Positions 45,266-45,625 of a stretch of DNA of 45,625 bases are shown here, one piece after another. How positions within the stretch are numbered: position 1 is the first letter of the stretch; every line of letters starts with the position of its first letter. The DNA lies in the NCBI GenBank assembly GCA_041676345.1, contig JBAYSC010000001.1, positions 1-45,625 of the forward strand. The letters run 5' to 3'. The position numbers and the translations under genes are program-made. A model generated the notes under the pieces. That model worked only from the letters and a program-made list of their open reading frames with translations. It had not been told where the DNA came from and made no database searches. This DNA is from Flavobacteriaceae bacterium (GTDB taxonomy: Bacteria > Bacteroidota > Bacteroidia > Flavobacteriales > Flavobacteriaceae).

Positions 45266-45625
45266 ATGAAAAAACTTTTTTTCTGCCTTTCGGTTCTTTT
45301 TTTCCTTGACGGAAATGCCCAAAATCACCGCTTTCAACAACACGTTTCTTATACAATGGAAGTGGATATGGATATGAAAACTTTCCGATATAAAGGAAGT
45401 CAGGAGCTGGTTTACACCAACAATTCTCCCGACACACTTCACAGGGTTTTTTATCATCTCTACAACAACGCTTTTCAGCCCGGAAGCGAAATGGATATTC
45501 GTCTCCAGACCATTACTGACCCGGACAGGCGAATGGTTCGGACTTTTACCAAAGACGACAAAAAAATCACAGAAAGCAGGATTAAAGATTTAACACCCGA
45601 ACAAATCGGTTATCACAAAATATCA
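45266..45625 (+). CDS. M1-family metallopeptidase, N-terminal part (runs off the window)
   Basis: Not in the ORF track. Manual translation gives MKKLFFCL...QQHVSYTMEVDMD...YTNNSPDTLHRVFYHLYNNAFQPGSEMD, typical of Bacteroidota M1 peptidases. The catalytic motif is not visible. Confidence 0.75.
   Translation, partial: MKKLFFCLSVLFFLDGNAQNHRFQQHVSYTMEVDMDMKTFRYKGSQELVYTNNSPDTLHRVFYHLYNNAFQPGSEMDIRLQTITDPDRRMVRTFTKDDKKITESRIKDLTPEQIGYHKIS

Overview
Chromosomal window from an AT-rich Bacteroidota organism, most likely Flavobacteriaceae (inferred from gene content, a T9SS-type C-terminal domain and TAnnTTTG promoter boxes). Positions 1-15.6 kb hold the minus-strand dcw cluster: mraZ-rsmH-ftsL-ftsI-murE-mraY-murD-ftsW-murG-murC. 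Next come a TonB-dependent receptor, a GH2 beta-mannosidase with cutC, sucD, a T9SS zinc protease, an AraC regulator and housekeeping genes (lspA, trpG-like, upp). These are followed by an LPS/surface-glycan block with a PbgA/YejM-like protein, a complete mrpABCDEFG antiporter operon, tsaC, and a truncated M1 peptidase. The most unusual feature is the dcw operon, which is interrupted by single accessory genes with no integrase or transposase in the window: DUF1016/YhcG, RhuM, a lipoprotein, a decayed second rhuM and a 138-aa domain fused to MurG. The DUF1016 gene lies between an exact 81-bp direct repeat, and rhuM lies between a split copy of the murD-ftsW spacer. The murG-murC junction carries apparent relic copies of the host gene ends. 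Several short palindrome and heptamer repeat families occupy these junctions, and some sit in frame inside MurC, MurG, FtsW, RsmH and CutC. Together this suggests repeat-associated gene-cassette traffic in an essential operon; the mechanism is inferred, not shown. A second candidate system is an NYN RNase gene preceded by a palindrome-covered promoter and a long structured leader. All family assignments come from recognising motifs by eye; no searches were run.
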